Below the pieces are notes generated by a model, which was not told the DNA's origin, searched no databases, and worked only from the letters and a program-made list of their open reading frames with translations. From Candidatus Moraniibacteriota bacterium (lineage in GTDB: Bacteria > Patescibacteriota > Minisyncoccia > Moranbacterales > GCA-2747515): DNA of 64,000 nt. Below are positions 62,360-64,000 of this stretch, one piece after another (positions within the stretch are counted from its first letter, which is position 1; each line of letters begins with the position of its first letter). The position numbers were made by a program, and so were the translations under genes. The DNA lies in NCBI GenBank assembly GCA_016699795.1, contig CP065011.1, forward strand, positions 12,838-76,837. The letters are read 5' to 3'.

Positions 62360-63121
62360 TTACTTTTCAAATTTTACAAACCAACCATATTGTTCAAAAG
62401 CAAATCCGTCATATCCCTTCTTTTTCATTTCATCAATTTCTTCTTTTGAAATATATCGGATATCTTGTATTCCTTCTCTTCTAAATACATCACTGTTATT
62501 ATAATTATACCCTCGAAAAATCAAAGGATTTTGAAAAGCAATTATTTTCTTCTCTATCTCAGGATGAGCAAGAATTGCCGCTTTTTTAAATTTTCGAAAT
62601 CTTTGTATAAAAATTTCTGATTGTCTTTCGTATTCTTTGTATCGAGCGATATCTTCCTGTGACGCCTCTTTTCTTTGTATTTTAAAAAATAATTCTTGAG
62701 TATTTTCTTCTTCTTTACAAAGAGGATATTCCTCTTTCATTGTACTATATATTTCTTCATATAAATATGTATGTAGATCTTCAGGAAGATACTCTTTATA
62801 TAGATCTTGTTCATTCGTATAATAGGTTACCAGATGTTTCATATTTCTATCCTTTTCATTTCCCGAAACCCATTCTTTCGAACGATAAACTTTTATGGGT
62901 AAATTTTGAGGATTTTTATATTCTTCTCCAGCATGAACGGATGTAAGAAAGAAAAAAGAATCAGCTTCAACTGAAAATTCATCACTATTTTGAGCCGAAA
63001 GATCTCTTTCAAAATAAGAATCTTCTTGAGTAAGAATTTTTTCAACATCATTTTCCTCAAGCCTTTTTGTTTTTAAAAGATTTTCCAAAATAGATGGTCT
63101 GAAAAAATTTATTTCTTTCAT
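62360..63121 (-). CDS. Hypothetical protein (253 aa)
   Basis: ORF only; acidic, no motif assigned. Confidence 0.4.
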   Translation of the reverse strand: MKEINFFRPSILENLLKTKRLEENDVEKILTQEDSYFERDLSAQNSDEFSVEADSFFFLTSVHAGEEYKNPQNLPIKVYRSKEWVSGNEKDRNMKHLVTYYTNEQDLYKEYLPEDLHTYLYEEIYSTMKEEYPLCKEEENTQELFFKIQRKEASQEDIARYKEYERQSEIFIQRFRKFKKAAILAHPEIEKKIIAFQNPLIFRGYNYNNSDVFRREGIQDIRYISKEEIDEMKKKGYDGFAFEQYGWFVKFEK

Positions 63122-63125
63122 ATAA

Positions 63126-63842
63126 TTATTCCTTCGTCATATATATTCCTGCAAGTATTCTCCCCGCTGTTTCACCTTCTCTTTTATAGGAAAAAAATTT
63201 CTCCCCAGTGCACACCGTACATTCCTTAGTCATTTCAATATGTTTGGAAAGAATTCCAATATTTTCCAACTGTCCCTTACATGCCTTGGCTATATCCCAA
63301 TGTGATTCATTTTCTGACAATCCCAAAAAACCACGTTCACGAACTGGATAAACTATACGTTCATCTACTTCAAAACAACAGCCTCGAACAGAAGGACCAA
63401 TCCATACCTTTATAACATCCCGATTTAATCCGTATGTTTTCACCGCATTTTCTATGGTTTTGCCTGTTATGTTCTGAAGCGTTCCCCGCCAACCCGAATG
63501 TATGGCTCCGATAAAGCCAAAATTATCCTCAAAAAAAAGTATAGGCACACAGTCCGCAATCTGTACCACAAGAGCTACATCAAAAATATCAGTAATTATC
63601 GCATCAGTATCCAACAACGCATTCTCATGACTTTTTGATCCTCGTCCGATATCTTCTTTTCGAACCAATGTACTTTTTGTTCCATGTATCTGTTTCAAAA
63701 AAACAGATCGCTCTAAAGAAATTCCTAAATTTTCAAAAAAACGGTAACGATTCTCTTGTGCTTTTTCCCTTCCTTTTCCAGCATAATATGCCATATTTCC
63801 ATCTCCTCTTAGAGAAAGAAATTTCTTTACTCTTAGCGTCAT
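63126..63842 (-). CDS. pgeF: YfiH/PgeF family (DUF152, purine nucleoside phosphorylase/peptidoglycan editing factor) protein
   Basis: QIHGTKS, ADCVPILF, AIHSGWRGT, RGCCFEV signature residues. Confidence 0.8.
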   Translation of the reverse strand: MTLRVKKFLSLRGDGNMAYYAGKGREKAQENRYRFFENLGISLERSVFLKQIHGTKSTLVRKEDIGRGSKSHENALLDTDAIITDIFDVALVVQIADCVPILFFEDNFGFIGAIHSGWRGTLQNITGKTIENAVKTYGLNRDVIKVWIGPSVRGCCFEVDERIVYPVRERGFLGLSENESHWDIAKACKGQLENIGILSKHIEMTKECTVCTGEKFFSYKREGETAGRILAGIYMTKE

Positions 63843-64000
63843 ATTAAAGATTTTCTTTTCAAATATCGTCCCCGTTCTTCTTGAGGAAATTTTTCAATAG
63901 CATATCGAAGCATGGTTCTTGGCATTGCATTGGTATATTTTTCAAGAAAATGTATTAAGATTTCTTTATCACGCTTTCCAACCTCTCGAAGCATCCATCC
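63839..64000 (-). CDS. 3' end of an unidentified gene continuing past window end (53 codons + TGA)
   Basis: Open frame from window edge: GWMLREVGKRDKEILIHFLEKYTNAMPRTMLRYAIEKFPQEERGRYLKRKSLI*; stop TGA overlaps pgeF ATG (ATGA). Confidence 0.4.
   Translation of the reverse strand, partial: GWMLREVGKRDKEILIHFLEKYTNAMPRTMLRYAIEKFPQEERGRYLKRKSLI

Overview
This is an AT-rich bacterial chromosomal window of roughly 33% GC. It uses the standard code: TGA, TAA and TAG all terminate clearly homologous proteins. There are about 70 genes, mostly on the minus strand, with short intergenic regions and many hairpin plus T-run intrinsic terminators. Gene content and style (atpZ-led F-type ATP synthase operon, class III anaerobic ribonucleotide reductase, many small membrane or hypothetical proteins) suggest a small-genome anaerobe, possibly CPR/Patescibacteria-like; that lineage call is inference. 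Recognisable housekeeping blocks, in order along the window: (1) the dnaE 3' end; (2) a cell-shape cluster mreB-mreC-mreD-PBP2; (3) uvrB; (4) rpsF-ssb-rpsR-efp; (5) a heat-shock operon hrcA-grpE-hsp20-dnaK with a perfect CIRCE operator and an upstream sigma-70-like promoter; (6) the ATP synthase operon atpZ-B-E-F-H-A-G-D-C; (7) nrdR-nrdD, with nrdG nearby and a pair of NrdR boxes; and (8) secA, hpf, murB, mutY, serS and pgeF. The most unusual system is a seven-gene operon at 11.2-18.9 kb. It encodes a complex-I / group-4 [NiFe]-hydrogenase-like membrane complex: NuoB-like, NuoL/HyfB-like, NuoH/HyfC-like, HyfE-like, NuoN/M-like and a fused NuoCD/HycE-like subunit. Every cofactor-ligating cysteine is substituted: three Asp plus one Asp/Asn in the NuoB-like protein, and Ser/Ser...Ser/Asn in the large subunit. 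This is an energy-converting-hydrogenase-related (Ehr-type) complex without redox cofactors. A signal-anchored single-cluster ferredoxin and an RGG-repeat CxxC-x17-CxxC zinc-ribbon protein follow it. Other notable items: a glycyl-radical (RVVGY) domain encoded as a separate small ORF downstream of an nrdD that ends after its own zinc site; GrpE carrying an N-terminal degenerate Nudix-like domain; a membrane pseudo-receiver protein (Gly in place of the phospho-Asp) translationally coupled to a secreted VWA protein; a ComEC gene broken by an in-frame TAA and a frameshift; a GC-richer islet (19.9-22.1 kb) of terminator-flanked small genes including a TAA-interrupted gene; and an R-type EF-P. No rRNA, tRNA, CRISPR array or transposase was found.
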